Assembly (NCBI GenBank): GCA_944391115.1
Contig: CALXSJ010000018.1
Location: 4,803-68,802 of the forward strand
Direction: 5' to 3'
Length of the DNA stretch: 64,000 bases
DNA from: an uncultured Victivallales bacterium
GTDB taxonomy: Bacteria > Verrucomicrobiota > Lentisphaeria > Victivallales > UBA1829
Shown here piece by piece: positions 1 to 10,305 of the stretch; position 1 is the first letter of the stretch; each line of letters starts with the position of its first letter. A program made the translations under genes and the position numbers. Below the pieces are notes generated by a model, which was not told where the DNA came from, did no database searches, and saw nothing but the letters and a program-made list of their open reading frames with translations.

Positions 1-1
1 G

Positions 2-142
2 AAACGCGAAACAAACTCCTGGAAACTGACGCTGCTTCAGCTGGCGGGACTGACGCTGACCGCCTATCTGCTCTGTCTGGCGCTTTTCCAGATCGGAACC
101 CTGCTTCAGATCGGCACGTCCCTGCTGCAGACCTGCGGATGA
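2..142 (+). CDS. feoB: Ferrous iron transporter B, C-terminal fragment (partial, begins upstream of window)
   Basis: Frame 2 reads KRETNSWKLTLLQLAGLTLTAYLLCLALFQIG...*, matching the FeoB C-terminal RETxSWK plus hydrophobic helix pattern. Confidence 0.7.
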   Translation, partial: KRETNSWKLTLLQLAGLTLTAYLLCLALFQIGTLLQIGTSLLQTCG

Positions 143-298
143 AGCGTCTTCCCGGTTTCATGTCATCCGCCTCCGCATTCTCCTGCTTTCCGAAAATGCG
201 GGGCGGGAAATTCATCCGGAACCGAACGGGAAAAGCCATCCTCTCCAGATGTATGACGCGGCGGACAGGAGAGCTTGCGTTTTTTTGATGCGGCCTCC

Positions 299-327
299 TT
301 GCAAAAAGGCCGAGGCGGATGTACACT
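299..327 (+). promoter_or_regulatory. Putative sigma70 promoter for the tviB/tviC-like pair
   Basis: TTGCAA-17 nt-TACACT, followed by an AAGGA RBS before ATG 343. Confidence 0.5.
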
Positions 328-342
328 AGATAAGGAAAAACC

Positions 343-1653
343 ATGACAAACAATCAGACAGAAATGATATTGGACAAAATTCAGGATGGAACGGTCAAGC
401 TGGCGCTGATCGGACTCGGATATGTCGGACTTCCGCTTGCGGTGGAATTCGGAAAACGCTTTGATACGGTCGGGTTCGACATCAAGGAGGACCGTCTCGA
501 CATGCTGCGCCGGGGAGTGGACGTAACGCTGGAAACGGCGCCGGAGGACCTTGCCGCCGCAAAACATCTCAAATACACCTCCGATCCCGCGGAAATGCGC
601 GACCGCGACATCTTCATCGTGACGGTTCCGACTCCGGTGGATCAATACAAGCAGCCAGATCTGGGGCCGTTGCACCGCGCCAGTGAAACCGTCGGGAAAG
701 TGATGCGGCCCGGCTCGATCGTAATCTTTGAGAGCACGGTGTTCCCCGGCTGCACGGAGGAGGAATGCGTTCCCGTTCTGGAAAAATACAGCGGGCTTGC
801 ATTCAACCGCGATTTCTTCTGCGGATACAGTCCGGAGAGAATCAATCCCGGCGACCGCGAACACACACTGACCAGAATTCTGAAGGTCACTTCGGGATCG
901 ACTCCCGAAACGGCGGATATTGTGGATGCCCTTTACAGATCCATTCTGACCGGCGGCACGCACAAGGCAAGCAGCATCAAGGTGGCGGAAGCGGCGAAAG
1001 TCATTGAAAACTCCCAGCGGGACCTGAACATCGCCTTCGTCAATGAGCTTGCGAAAATTTTCCATCTGATCGGAATCGACACGAACGAGGTGCTCGCCGC
1101 CGCGGGAACGAAATGGAACTTTCTGCCGTTCAAGCCGGGACTTGTCGGAGGACACTGCATCGGGGTCGACCCCTATTATCTCACGCACAAGGCGCAGGCG
1201 CTCGGCTATCTGCCGGAGGTCATTCTCGCGGGACGCCGGATCAACGACGGCATGGGACAGTACATCGCCGCGGAAGTCGTGAAACTGATGATCCGGAAGG
1301 AACAGCGGATCGCGGGAGCGCATGTGCTGGTCATGGGAATCACATTCAAGGAGAACTGTCCGGACATCCGGAACTCCCGCGCAATCGATGTCGTAAAGGG
1401 ACTTCAGGATTTCGGCTGCCGCGTCACGATCTTCGATCCCTGGGCGGATCCGGCTGAAGTGCTGCGCGAATACGGGCAGGAATCCATGCGCGATGCTTCG
1501 AGCCTGACGGAGCACGGATATGATGCGCTGGTGCTCACCGTGGCGCATGGGAAGTTTGCGGAAATTGATTTCAAACGCTTTCTGAAGGAAAAAGCGGTCG
1601 TCTTCGATGTCAAGGGATTCCTGCCGAAGGATCAGACGGACGGGAGACTGTAA
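343..1653 (+). CDS. tviB: UDP-N-acetyl-D-glucosamine/galactosamine 6-dehydrogenase (TviB/WbpO family)
   Basis: GLGYVG Rossmann motif, YSPERINPG, KVIENSQRDLNIA, GGHCIGVDPYYL, GITFKENCPDIRNS. Confidence 0.9.
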   Translation: MTNNQTEMILDKIQDGTVKLALIGLGYVGLPLAVEFGKRFDTVGFDIKEDRLDMLRRGVDVTLETAPEDLAAAKHLKYTSDPAEMRDRDIFIVTVPTPVDQYKQPDLGPLHRASETVGKVMRPGSIVIFESTVFPGCTEEECVPVLEKYSGLAFNRDFFCGYSPERINPGDREHTLTRILKVTSGSTPETADIVDALYRSILTGGTHKASSIKVAEAAKVIENSQRDLNIAFVNELAKIFHLIGIDTNEVLAAAGTKWNFLPFKPGLVGGHCIGVDPYYLTHKAQALGYLPEVILAGRRINDGMGQYIAAEVVKLMIRKEQRIAGAHVLVMGITFKENCPDIRNSRAIDVVKGLQDFGCRVTIFDPWADPAEVLREYGQESMRDASSLTEHGYDALVLTVAHGKFAEIDFKRFLKEKAVVFDVKGFLPKDQTDGRL

Positions 1654-1655
1654 GG

Positions 1656-2642
1656 ATGAATCGGAAACTGGAGCGGGCAAAAATTCTGGTGACCGGAGGC
1701 GCAGGCTTCATCGGCTCCAATCTGATCGAAGTTCTTCTGGCAAAAGGCTGCGAGGTGGTCTGTCTCGACAACTTTCTCACGGGAAAACGGGAAAATCTCG
1801 CGTCTTTTCTGGACAACCCGGCATTCCGCCTGATCGAAGGCGACATCCGCGATCCGGCAACCTGCCGCAAGGCAGTGGAAAATATGGACTACGTCCTGCA
1901 CGAGGCCGCGCTCGGATCCGTCCCGCGCTCCATCGCGGACCCCGTCACAACCACGGAAATCAACATTACGGGATTTGTCAATATGCTCTTCGCCTCGGTC
2001 GAGGCGAAAGTCAAACGGTTCGTCTATGCGGCGAGTTCCTCGACCTACGGAAACAGCCGGGAACTGCCGAAAATCGAGGACAGAATCGGAAAACCGCTCT
2101 CGCCCTACGCGATCACAAAATATGCGAACGAGCTTTTCGCGGAAAATTTCAGCTCGATCTACGGGATTGAAACCGTCGGGCTCCGCTATTTCAACGTATT
2201 CGGAAAGCGCCAGGATCCGTTCGGGATGTATGCCGCGGTGATCCCGAAATTCGCCATGAGCCTGATCCGCCACGAACCGCCGCGCATCAACGGGGACGGT
2301 TCGTTCTCGCGCGACTTCACCTACATCGACAATGTCGTGCAGGCCAATCTTCTGGCGCTCCTCGCACAAAGCGGAGAGTCGCTCAACACGGTTTACAATG
2401 TCGCATACGGAGAGGAAACCACGCTGACGCAGCTGTTCGAGTTTCTGCGCGAGGATCTTTCCGCATTCGATCCGGAAATCCGGAAGGTTCACGCCGTCCA
2501 AGGTCCGGAACGACGCGGGGACATCCCCCATTCCCTTGCGGACATCTCCAAGGCGGTCCGCCTCCTGGGGTACGCTCCGGAAATTGATGTCAGAGAGGGG
2601 CTGCGCCGGACGGCGCGCTGGTATTTCGACAATCTCCGCTGA
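1656..2642 (+). CDS. tviC: UDP-GlcNAc(A) 4-epimerase, extended SDR (TviC/WbpP family)
   Basis: TGGAGFIG, HEAALGSVPRSI, YAITK (YxxxK), LRYFNVFG; directly follows the tviB-like gene. Confidence 0.85.
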   Translation: MNRKLERAKILVTGGAGFIGSNLIEVLLAKGCEVVCLDNFLTGKRENLASFLDNPAFRLIEGDIRDPATCRKAVENMDYVLHEAALGSVPRSIADPVTTTEINITGFVNMLFASVEAKVKRFVYAASSSTYGNSRELPKIEDRIGKPLSPYAITKYANELFAENFSSIYGIETVGLRYFNVFGKRQDPFGMYAAVIPKFAMSLIRHEPPRINGDGSFSRDFTYIDNVVQANLLALLAQSGESLNTVYNVAYGEETTLTQLFEFLREDLSAFDPEIRKVHAVQGPERRGDIPHSLADISKAVRLLGYAPEIDVREGLRRTARWYFDNLR

Positions 2643-2685
2643 AAAAAATCCTCCGCGCGCCCCCGGGAGGCGGACCGGCGGAATT

Positions 2686-3579
2686 TCAGGATAGAATAAT
2701 GATGACCGCGCCAGCGACCATCACGGAAGAAGCGGCGAGTTTCCGGACAATTCCCTTTTCGTGAAAGAAAAAACCGCCGAGGAAAACGCTCAGCAGAGCG
2801 GAAAGCTGAAACAGCGCCAGCGCACAGGCCACCTGCATCCGTTCAAAAACGAGGTTTGTCGAAAACTGCATGACTCCTGTGGTTGCAGCGAGAATCAGCA
2901 GGAACGGCACGGTCCGGGAATGGAGCGAGAACAGAGTGCGCAGGCCATCGCGTCCCGTACGACGCCAGACAACGGCAGCATAAAGCAGGCTTGAAAACAA
3001 CGCGCTCAGCACGCACCAGACGGAAAAAGCGGCAAACGGCGACGAGACGGCAATGGCCTTTTTCAGAAACACCGCCTCGGTTGCAGTGCAGAAAATCGCA
3101 TAGAAACGGTACTGGATCTCCGGGCGGAGAAACAGCCGGAAGGAGAAGGAACCGGCGCCCTCCGGACGGACAAGCACGAAACTGCCGCCGAGAATCAGCA
3201 GAATCCCGGCAATCCCGGATATGCCCGGAACTTCCCCCATCAGCAGAAAGGCGCCAGCCATGCTGACAAGAACCTTGCAGGAGTTGAGGGGACCGAGCAC
3301 GGAAAGCTCTCCGCAGCTGAGCGCCTTGATGAGGCAGGCGTTTCCGACGGCGGCGAGAATCCCGGAAACAGCCATCGGAATCCAGAAACCGCCCCCCGGC
3401 AGATTTCCTGCCGAAAAGGGCAGGCAGGGAAGCATGAACGCACTCAGCGCAAGATAAGAACAGCAGTTGACTTTCAAAGCCGGCTCGCCGCTGTTTGTCA
3501 GCTGTTTCTGCACAACGTTGGAATACGTGTTGGAAAAGATTCTCGCGCACACCGCGAGGATGGCAATCAACAGCTGCAT
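2686..3579 (-). CDS. EamA/DMT family transporter
   Basis: About ten hydrophobic segments in two repeats; GELSVLGPL and FFFHEK motifs. Start reassigned to MQLLIAIL, which has a GGAG RBS. Confidence 0.75.
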   Translation of the reverse strand: MQLLIAILAVCARIFSNTYSNVVQKQLTNSGEPALKVNCCSYLALSAFMLPCLPFSAGNLPGGGFWIPMAVSGILAAVGNACLIKALSCGELSVLGPLNSCKVLVSMAGAFLLMGEVPGISGIAGILLILGGSFVLVRPEGAGSFSFRLFLRPEIQYRFYAIFCTATEAVFLKKAIAVSSPFAAFSVWCVLSALFSSLLYAAVVWRRTGRDGLRTLFSLHSRTVPFLLILAATTGVMQFSTNLVFERMQVACALALFQLSALLSVFLGGFFFHEKGIVRKLAASSVMVAGAVIIILS

Positions 3580-3718
3580 GTCCGACTCTCCGCTTTTTTC
3601 CCGCCGCAGGAACGGTAATATATTTCCAACCTGCGTTTTTACAAGGAAATGCCTTGCGAAACGATTTGAATCCGGCGGATTCCGCGCGTATATTGAACAG
3701 GTCGGAAAAGGAGATTGC

Positions 3719-4684
3719 ATGATGGAACGCAGAAAAATCGTGATACTGGACGGATTCGCAGCCAATCCGGGGGACCTCTCCTGGGAGGAAATCGAGGCGA
3801 TGGGAGACTGCCGGATTTACGTCCGGTGCAATTCCGAAGCGGAAATCGTGGAGCGCGCCTCCGACGCGGAGATCATTCTGACCAACAAATCTGTGATCTC
3901 CCGCCGCGTCATGGAACAGCTCCCGAAACTCAGATTCATCGCGGTTCAGGCGACCGGATACAACGTCGTGGATCTTCCCGCCGCGCAGGAGCGCGGAATT
4001 CTGGTCAGCAACGTGCCCGCCTACAGCACCAACTCCGTGGCGCAGTTCGTCTTCGCCCTGATTCTGGAGCTGATGAACCGCACGGGGAAATACGCGGAAG
4101 CCGTGGCGGACGGCGCATGGTGCCGCTGCCCTGATTTCACTTTCTCGCTCGGCCAGTCCCGGGAACTTGCGGGCATGACGCTCGGCATCGTCGGATTCGG
4201 CGCAATCGGAAGTGCGGCGGCGGGAATTGCAGCGGCCTTCGGCATGAAGGTCCTTGCCTTCACCCGCACGCCGAAGGAATCCTCACAGGCATGCTTCGTC
4301 CCGCTGGAAACGCTGTTCGCGGAAAGCGACATCGTTTCGCTGCACTGCCCGCTGACAGAAGCCACGCGGGAACTGGTCAACGCCGGAACGCTCTCGCAAA
4401 TGAAAAAAACGGCGATTCTCATCAACACCGCGCGCGGAGGACTGGTGGAGGAACACGCGCTCGCCGCCGCGCTGAATGAAGAGCGGATCGCCGGAGCGGG
4501 GCTTGACGTGCTTTCCGTGGAACCGCCTCCCCCGGACAATCCGCTCCTGACGGCGAAAAACTGCATCATCACGCCGCACATCGCCTGGGCGTCCCTTGAG
4601 GCGCGGCGCCGTCTGATCGCCGCATGCGCCTCCAATGTCAGGGCGTATCTTTCCGGAAAACCGGTCAATCTGGTAACACGGTGA
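3719..4684 (+). CDS. D-2-hydroxyacid dehydrogenase (glycerate dehydrogenase/HprA-like)
   Basis: GIVGFGAIG, SLHCPLT, INTARGGLV, GLDV, TPHIAW; NPGDLSW N-terminal motif. Confidence 0.9.
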   Translation: MMERRKIVILDGFAANPGDLSWEEIEAMGDCRIYVRCNSEAEIVERASDAEIILTNKSVISRRVMEQLPKLRFIAVQATGYNVVDLPAAQERGILVSNVPAYSTNSVAQFVFALILELMNRTGKYAEAVADGAWCRCPDFTFSLGQSRELAGMTLGIVGFGAIGSAAAGIAAAFGMKVLAFTRTPKESSQACFVPLETLFAESDIVSLHCPLTEATRELVNAGTLSQMKKTAILINTARGGLVEEHALAAALNEERIAGAGLDVLSVEPPPPDNPLLTAKNCIITPHIAWASLEARRRLIAACASNVRAYLSGKPVNLVTR

Positions 4685-4691
4685 GAATCTG

Positions 4692-5525
4692 ATGCGGCCG
4701 CCGGAACCGAACAGTCCAAGCTGCATCCACAGGCCGGAGCCGAATGTGCGGCCCGATCTTCCCCTGCCTTTTTTTCTGCGTTCCGTCGGCCATTACATCC
4801 GCCTGAAAAAATACTATGAACGGATTCCCGCCGGAAACAAGCCGTTTGTCCAGTTCTTCTGGGGCGTCTCCGGCGAAGGGGAATTCCTGGTCGACGGAAA
4901 AACACAGATTCTGCATGAGGGTGACGTGTTTTACCGGCTGCCCGGAGAAGCGCACTTTCAAGGCGCGCATACGGAACGATGGGAATACCGCTGGTTCACT
5001 TTTGACGGGGACGGCGCCGAACAATTCATGCTCTCCTACGGATATCCGCATGCCTGTTTTCATGCGGGGAACTGCCCGCATGAACTCTTCATCCGCCTGG
5101 AAGAACTGCTGCAGGAAATGAGTCCCTACGCATGGAGGGAAATGGTGGCGGTCGCCTCCTCGATTCTTGCGCGGGCCGGAGGAAGGGAAGACCGCTCCAC
5201 CCGGGAGGGACGCATCGTCTGCGAAGTGATCCGCCTCTGCAGCGAGCGTTACGGGGATCCCGATCTGAACATCAACGCCCTTGCCGAACATCTCGGCGTG
5301 AGCCGTTCGACGTTGCGGCGCGTGTTTCAGGAGAAAATGCATATTGCGCCAAGCCAGTATCTGGGCAGGTTGCGCATCCAGCGCGCCCTTTCGCTTCTGC
5401 AGGAAACGATCCTTCCTGTCTCGGAAATCGCAAAGGAATGCGGCTTCACGGACGAGAGCTACTTCTCCCGGGTCATCCGCCGGAGTGTCGGAGAAACGCC
5501 GAAAAACTTCCGGGAACACGCCTGA
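4692..5525 (+). CDS. AraC family transcriptional regulator
   Basis: N-terminal cupin-like region and C-terminal double HTH (IAKECGFTDESYFSRVIRR..GETP). Confidence 0.9.
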   Translation: MRPPEPNSPSCIHRPEPNVRPDLPLPFFLRSVGHYIRLKKYYERIPAGNKPFVQFFWGVSGEGEFLVDGKTQILHEGDVFYRLPGEAHFQGAHTERWEYRWFTFDGDGAEQFMLSYGYPHACFHAGNCPHELFIRLEELLQEMSPYAWREMVAVASSILARAGGREDRSTREGRIVCEVIRLCSERYGDPDLNINALAEHLGVSRSTLRRVFQEKMHIAPSQYLGRLRIQRALSLLQETILPVSEIAKECGFTDESYFSRVIRRSVGETPKNFREHA

Positions 5526-5674
5526 CCACCCTTTCCGCCGAATCCATTTTTCACTACTTCTTCCATTCCGCCGGGTATCGGGAACTTGAAAAATACGGCG
5601 GGAATGCTACGTTTCAGGAACATCAAGTTTCAACGGGTTCCGATCATACTGAAAAGACAAGAGGAGATAGCATC

Positions 5675-7513
5675 ATGAATCCGCATCGCTTCGCCCGTCG
5701 CGCCGTTCAGCTGGATCTCGCGCGCCAGCCTGAAACCTGCGCATTCGTCAAGAGTTTCATCGACTTCATTTCCCGCTGGTCCTACAACACTCTGGTGCTG
5801 TATCTGGAAGGCAGAGTGAGAACCCCCTCCTTTCACGCCCTGCCCGAAGAGGAATCCTATTCTCAGGAGCAGATCCGCGACCTGGTCGCCTATGCGGCGG
5901 AGAAAGGAATAGAGACCATTCCCGTCGTTTCCATGTTCGGACATGCGGAGCTCTTTCTGGAACGGCCTGCTTTCGAGCATCTTGCCGAACTGCGCGGCGG
6001 AATCACAGGACGCTTCAACACCTTCCGGCATGTATTCTGCCCCTCTCTTCCGGAAACGCTGGAGTTTCTGGAGCGTTATACGGCGGAAGTGGCGGCGCTG
6101 TTCCCGTCGGAATACTTTCACGCGGGCTTTGACGAGACATGGGACATCGGATACTGCGATCTGTGCAGAAAACGTCTGGAAGAGGAAAGTGGCTCCGGAA
6201 TCTTCCGGAAACATCTTCTGGCCTGCCATAAAATCGTCACGGAAAAACTCGGAAAAAAGATGATGATCTGGGATGACATGTTCGACATGTACCCCGATGT
6301 CCTGGACGATGTGCCGCGGGATGTCATCCTCTGCCCCTGGCATTACGAAACGCTCGTCGAAAAGCCGTTCGGCCATATCGGCACCCCGCGCACGGATGTA
6401 TTTGCAAAATATGAGAAAATGGGGTTTCACTACCTGTTCGCTCCAGCCACGCACTTCTGCCGCAACATGGAAACGTTCACCCGGTATGCGGAAAAATACC
6501 ACCCCGACGGAGCGTTGCTGACTTCCTGGGGAATCGAAACTCCGCTTCAGCTTCCGATTGTCGCCGCCGCCGGAAAACTCTGGGCGGAAGGTTCGGTCGA
6601 TATTCCCGCCGTTATCCGCGAGGTATCCTGCACGGAGGATGAGACCATATGCCGTCTGATCCGTTCCCGTCTTGATGCGGAACCAGTCCCCCTTGCCGCC
6701 TCCGCGCAGGCTTATCTGAAAGGGCCGCTCTCCGAAACGGAGTTCACCGCCAAACTCCGGAACGATGTGGAATTTCTTCTCCTCGGGGCAAAACAGAACG
6801 AGGCAATCAAAGAGGCGGCCTCCCTTTTCATCGGCAGGGAAAAACTCTATTTCGCGCTCCGGGACCTGATTCCCCGCTGGTTCGGCTTCAGCACGGAAAC
6901 GGACACGGAGGAAAACCTGAGAAATGCGCTTCAGGAACAGAGACAGTTCACCGCCGCACTTCAGGAACGCATGGAGGATCTGCGGGAACGCTGCCTCTGC
7001 ACGCGGAATGCAGTGGACAAGGCGCGTGATCTCACACCCGTCATCGCCATGATCGACAAGCTCCTGACGGAACCGCGCCCGGCAGCCGGGGCGTATCTGC
7101 GCATGCGCTTCCCCTGGACATCGACGCTCTCGGTTTCTCTCCGCCTCAAAGGAGAATCCGCATACCGCACGATCTGGAACGGGGGCTGTTCCCAGAGACC
7201 TTTCCGCGGCGAGTTCCAGATTTTCGTTCCGCTGGAATGCAACGGCATTCCGGAATCGCTTCTGGTGGAACAGCACGGATATGTCAATGCGCCGCTCTCC
7301 TATCTGGAGATCGCGGTGGACGGCAGACTTTACGTCCCGCTGGGACTGGCGGGAATCGAAGGAAAGGTTTATTCTCCCGTCTCCGTTCTGGAGGACGGCC
7401 GCGACTGGTGCCTCTTCGGGGAAGGCGAGGAACTGGCGCGCAGGAAATTCCGGACTCCGCTGGAGGCAAAGGCTCTTAACAGAATCGTGGTCCTGCTGAA
7501 GGAATCCGTTTAA
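5675..7513 (+). CDS. GH20-like beta-N-acetylhexosaminidase domain protein
   Basis: VQLDLAR, IPVVSMFGH, FHAGFDE catalytic pair, MIWDDM; GAGGAG RBS before ATG 5675. Confidence 0.75.
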   Translation: MNPHRFARRAVQLDLARQPETCAFVKSFIDFISRWSYNTLVLYLEGRVRTPSFHALPEEESYSQEQIRDLVAYAAEKGIETIPVVSMFGHAELFLERPAFEHLAELRGGITGRFNTFRHVFCPSLPETLEFLERYTAEVAALFPSEYFHAGFDETWDIGYCDLCRKRLEEESGSGIFRKHLLACHKIVTEKLGKKMMIWDDMFDMYPDVLDDVPRDVILCPWHYETLVEKPFGHIGTPRTDVFAKYEKMGFHYLFAPATHFCRNMETFTRYAEKYHPDGALLTSWGIETPLQLPIVAAAGKLWAEGSVDIPAVIREVSCTEDETICRLIRSRLDAEPVPLAASAQAYLKGPLSETEFTAKLRNDVEFLLLGAKQNEAIKEAASLFIGREKLYFALRDLIPRWFGFSTETDTEENLRNALQEQRQFTAALQERMEDLRERCLCTRNAVDKARDLTPVIAMIDKLLTEPRPAAGAYLRMRFPWTSTLSVSLRLKGESAYRTIWNGGCSQRPFRGEFQIFVPLECNGIPESLLVEQHGYVNAPLSYLEIAVDGRLYVPLGLAGIEGKVYSPVSVLEDGRDWCLFGEGEELARRKFRTPLEAKALNRIVVLLKESV

Positions 7514-7837
7514 GCATCCTCCCGGCATGTCCCCCGTGTGAAAAACTGCCGCGCGGTCCGGACATGCCGGAAAGATTCCCCGCTCTCTCTTCATGACGTG
7601 AAAAAAACGGGAAAAGCAGGCATTTCCGGGAATGGAAACAGCTCTTTCTCCCGGCATTCCCGAAACATCCCCGGAAAACAGAAAATCCGCTGACCGCTCT
7701 TCCCGCAGACTGCGTGCATTTTTCACCGCGTGCGAACTTTTACGCTTTTCCCTCTCCCGGCAATGACCGGAAAAACAGCGGCACGCCGTTTTCTTCGAAA
7801 AATACCAGAATTGTCAAGAAAAGCCCATATCTGCTAT

Positions 7838-7865
7838 TTCCAAGCGGAGTTTTTTCAGTTATAAT
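7838..7865 (+). promoter_or_regulatory. Putative sigma70 promoter for the 8022-18298 cluster
   Basis: TTCCAA-16 nt-TATAAT in an AT-richer intergenic stretch. Confidence 0.45.
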
Positions 7866-8021
7866 TATTGGAAAGAGCCAGAGAAAACTCTGCGGGAATC
7901 TCCCGTATCCGGCAAAATTGGGATTATGCCCCGGATGAAGGCATTCCGGCGTGACCGGAAAGCGGGAAAAGGCCTGGCGCTTAAACGGCTTCATGCGGAA
8001 AAGCGAAGGAAAAAGCGGACT

Positions 8022-9401
8022 ATGGAATCCGACAAAATACCAGTTGCAGAAAAAGATGCGGAGAGGCAATCATTTCATCCTCCAAAATTCAGGGCTGTTC
8101 ATATCGACCTGAAAGGAATGCCGCCGCATCCGGAACGTCTGCTGCGGCATCTGGAGCTCTATGCCGCAGCCGGGTATAATGCCCTGCTCATAGAGTGGGA
8201 GGACATGTTCCCCTGGAAGGATCCGCTTCTCCGCAGACGGGAAACCTACCGGGGAAAGGACATTCAGGCGCTGGCCGACCGGGCGGCGGAGCTGAATCTG
8301 GAAATCATTCCGCTGGTCCAGACCCTCGGCCACATGGAAAATGTGCTGCGGCATGAAGCATACGCGCAATACCGGGAGCTCGACTGGCTGAACTCCGAAC
8401 TGCGTTCCGCGGGAAAGAGTGCGAAGCTGGCGGCGGGAATGCTCGGAGAAGTTCTGGATCTCCTTCCGCGGACAGGATATCTGCATCTGGGCGGCGATGA
8501 AGTCGCCGGACTCGGGCTCGGGCATTCCGGGAAAGCGGCGCGCCGCGCGGGCGGAAAGATGAAGCTTTATTTCAGCCACATGAACATTCTGTCGGAATTC
8601 CTGCGGGAACGAGGGGTCAGGCCCATTCTCTGGGCGGATATGGCGCTGACTCTTCCCTCACAGGAATTGAAACAATATGCGGCAGGTTTTGATTTCGCCG
8701 TCTGGGGAGGAGGCGATCTGGAACGGAAGGCGGAACGGATCCGTTCCGCGGGAGGAAGAATCTGGGGGGCGCCATGCTTCAAGGGAGCCGATGGAATCAC
8801 TTCCGATCTGCCGAATCTCGACGCAAGAAAAAAAGTGATTTCCGCTTATCTGGAACTGGCCGGGAAATATCCTCTGAACGGGCTGATCGCATGCGGCTGG
8901 AGCCGGTACACCACGCTGAGAAGCCAGTGCGAACCCGTTGAAGGCGCCCTTGACGCGGCGGTTATGGCCGGAATGCTTTTTTCCGGGGGAAGCGTCTCCG
9001 AAGACAAGATATCGGAATGCCTGCGGCATTGCGGCCTGCTGGAGGATCACATCCGCTCGAAGGAGCTGCTGTCGGAACTGACTCTCCTGCGGGGACAATG
9101 CAGACGTTATCTGTTCGACGAACTGGAACTTGCAGCGGCGCAGAAATGTCTCAGGATCAAAAAGGACGCAAAAAACGCATGGTATCTCCTGGCAATGAAA
9201 CGGCGCCTTGCGGAATATGAAACGCTGAAAACGGAATTCCACGCTCATTTCGACCGTTTTGTCTCCGCGCGTCTTGTCGAGGAGTATCTGGAGGAACGTT
9301 TTCTTCCTTTCCGCCGGGGCCTGAAGTGGATGCTTTCGGACTACCGCAGATACGGGCATCCGGACGCGGAACAGGGTTATCGGGAACTGTTCGGCTGTTG
9401 A
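8022..9401 (+). CDS. GH20 hexosaminidase (HexD-like)
   Basis: [43 protein letters not shown]. Confidence 0.8.
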   Translation: MESDKIPVAEKDAERQSFHPPKFRAVHIDLKGMPPHPERLLRHLELYAAAGYNALLIEWEDMFPWKDPLLRRRETYRGKDIQALADRAAELNLEIIPLVQTLGHMENVLRHEAYAQYRELDWLNSELRSAGKSAKLAAGMLGEVLDLLPRTGYLHLGGDEVAGLGLGHSGKAARRAGGKMKLYFSHMNILSEFLRERGVRPILWADMALTLPSQELKQYAAGFDFAVWGGGDLERKAERIRSAGGRIWGAPCFKGADGITSDLPNLDARKKVISAYLELAGKYPLNGLIACGWSRYTTLRSQCEPVEGALDAAVMAGMLFSGGSVSEDKISECLRHCGLLEDHIRSKELLSELTLLRGQCRRYLFDELELAAAQKCLRIKKDAKNAWYLLAMKRRLAEYETLKTEFHAHFDRFVSARLVEEYLEERFLPFRRGLKWMLSDYRRYGHPDAEQGYRELFGC

Positions 9402-9436
9402 CCGGAAAGCCGCAATTTCAAAACAGGAGCACAGCA

Positions 9437-10228
9437 ATGAAGACAAAAACAAAACAGAAAACCGCAGACACGGGCATCCGGACGCGGGAAGAAAAGATTT
9501 TCACATTGATAGAGCTCCTCGTCGTGATTGCGATCATCGCCATTCTGGCAAGTCTCCTGCTCCCCGCGCTGAGCAGGGCACGGAACACCGCCTATGGAAT
9601 CGTCTGCATGAACAATCTGAAGACGATCGGCCTGGCCTCGTCAAACTACAGCGACGCCAATCAGGAATGGATCATATCGGCGCACAACGGCCGGGAATCT
9701 CCGAATTATTACGACCAGTTGTGGTATGGAACGCTGTCGGGATACGGCGAAAACAAGACCGGTTACGGGACAAGTTATAAATGGTATCCTTCGAATGAAC
9801 GGGTCGGAAGGGCGAAACACACGTTTCAATGTCCTTCCGAAGTTCCGGAAAAAGCTTCCTTCTGCATCTCATACGGGTTGAACAACTCGCTGTGCGGAGG
9901 GCCTTTGCCGCTCCACAAGCGAAGCGTCGTGACATCCGCGTCACAGGCTTTTTTTGCAACCGACTGGTTCTACTCCGGATACAGCGGCTATGTCCTGATG
10001 GGGCTTGACCATATCGGCTACCGTCATGGCTCGCCGGATTCCCGTCCTCTGCCGTCTTCCAGTTCCGGCGTGGTCAGCGGAGCGCTGACAAAAGGCAAGG
10101 CGAACACCGTCTTCATGGACGGCCATGCGGAAGGCGTCCGGTATCATGACGCCTATCGCGCCATCTGCTCCCCCCTCAGCGGAAATGTCGCCATGAGATT
10201 TTTCTGGCGAGGCTGGAAGTATCAGTAG
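9437..10228 (+). CDS. Prepilin-type N-terminal cleavage/methylation protein (DUF1559 / H-X9-DG-type)
   Basis: [42 protein letters not shown]...NTVFMDGH; AGGAG RBS. Confidence 0.9.
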   Translation: MKTKTKQKTADTGIRTREEKIFTLIELLVVIAIIAILASLLLPALSRARNTAYGIVCMNNLKTIGLASSNYSDANQEWIISAHNGRESPNYYDQLWYGTLSGYGENKTGYGTSYKWYPSNERVGRAKHTFQCPSEVPEKASFCISYGLNNSLCGGPLPLHKRSVVTSASQAFFATDWFYSGYSGYVLMGLDHIGYRHGSPDSRPLPSSSSGVVSGALTKGKANTVFMDGHAEGVRYHDAYRAICSPLSGNVAMRFFWRGWKYQ

Positions 10229-10305
10229 AAAACCGGCAGGGGCCCGGAAAATACGGAACTCTGAAAAAGTTTCCAATCAGATATCATATTAAGGAGAAAT
10301 CAAAC

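Noticed and set aside
5132-5674. Long N-terminal extensions in the ORF track (also 3467, 9326, 23142, 42250, 55063)
   Set aside because: They overlap neighbouring genes or promoters; downstream ATGs with an RBS match the expected domain starts.
7514-8021. 500-bp intergenic region as a riboswitch or sRNA
   Set aside because: Only scattered short stems and a promoter-like motif; no recognisable conserved RNA signature.
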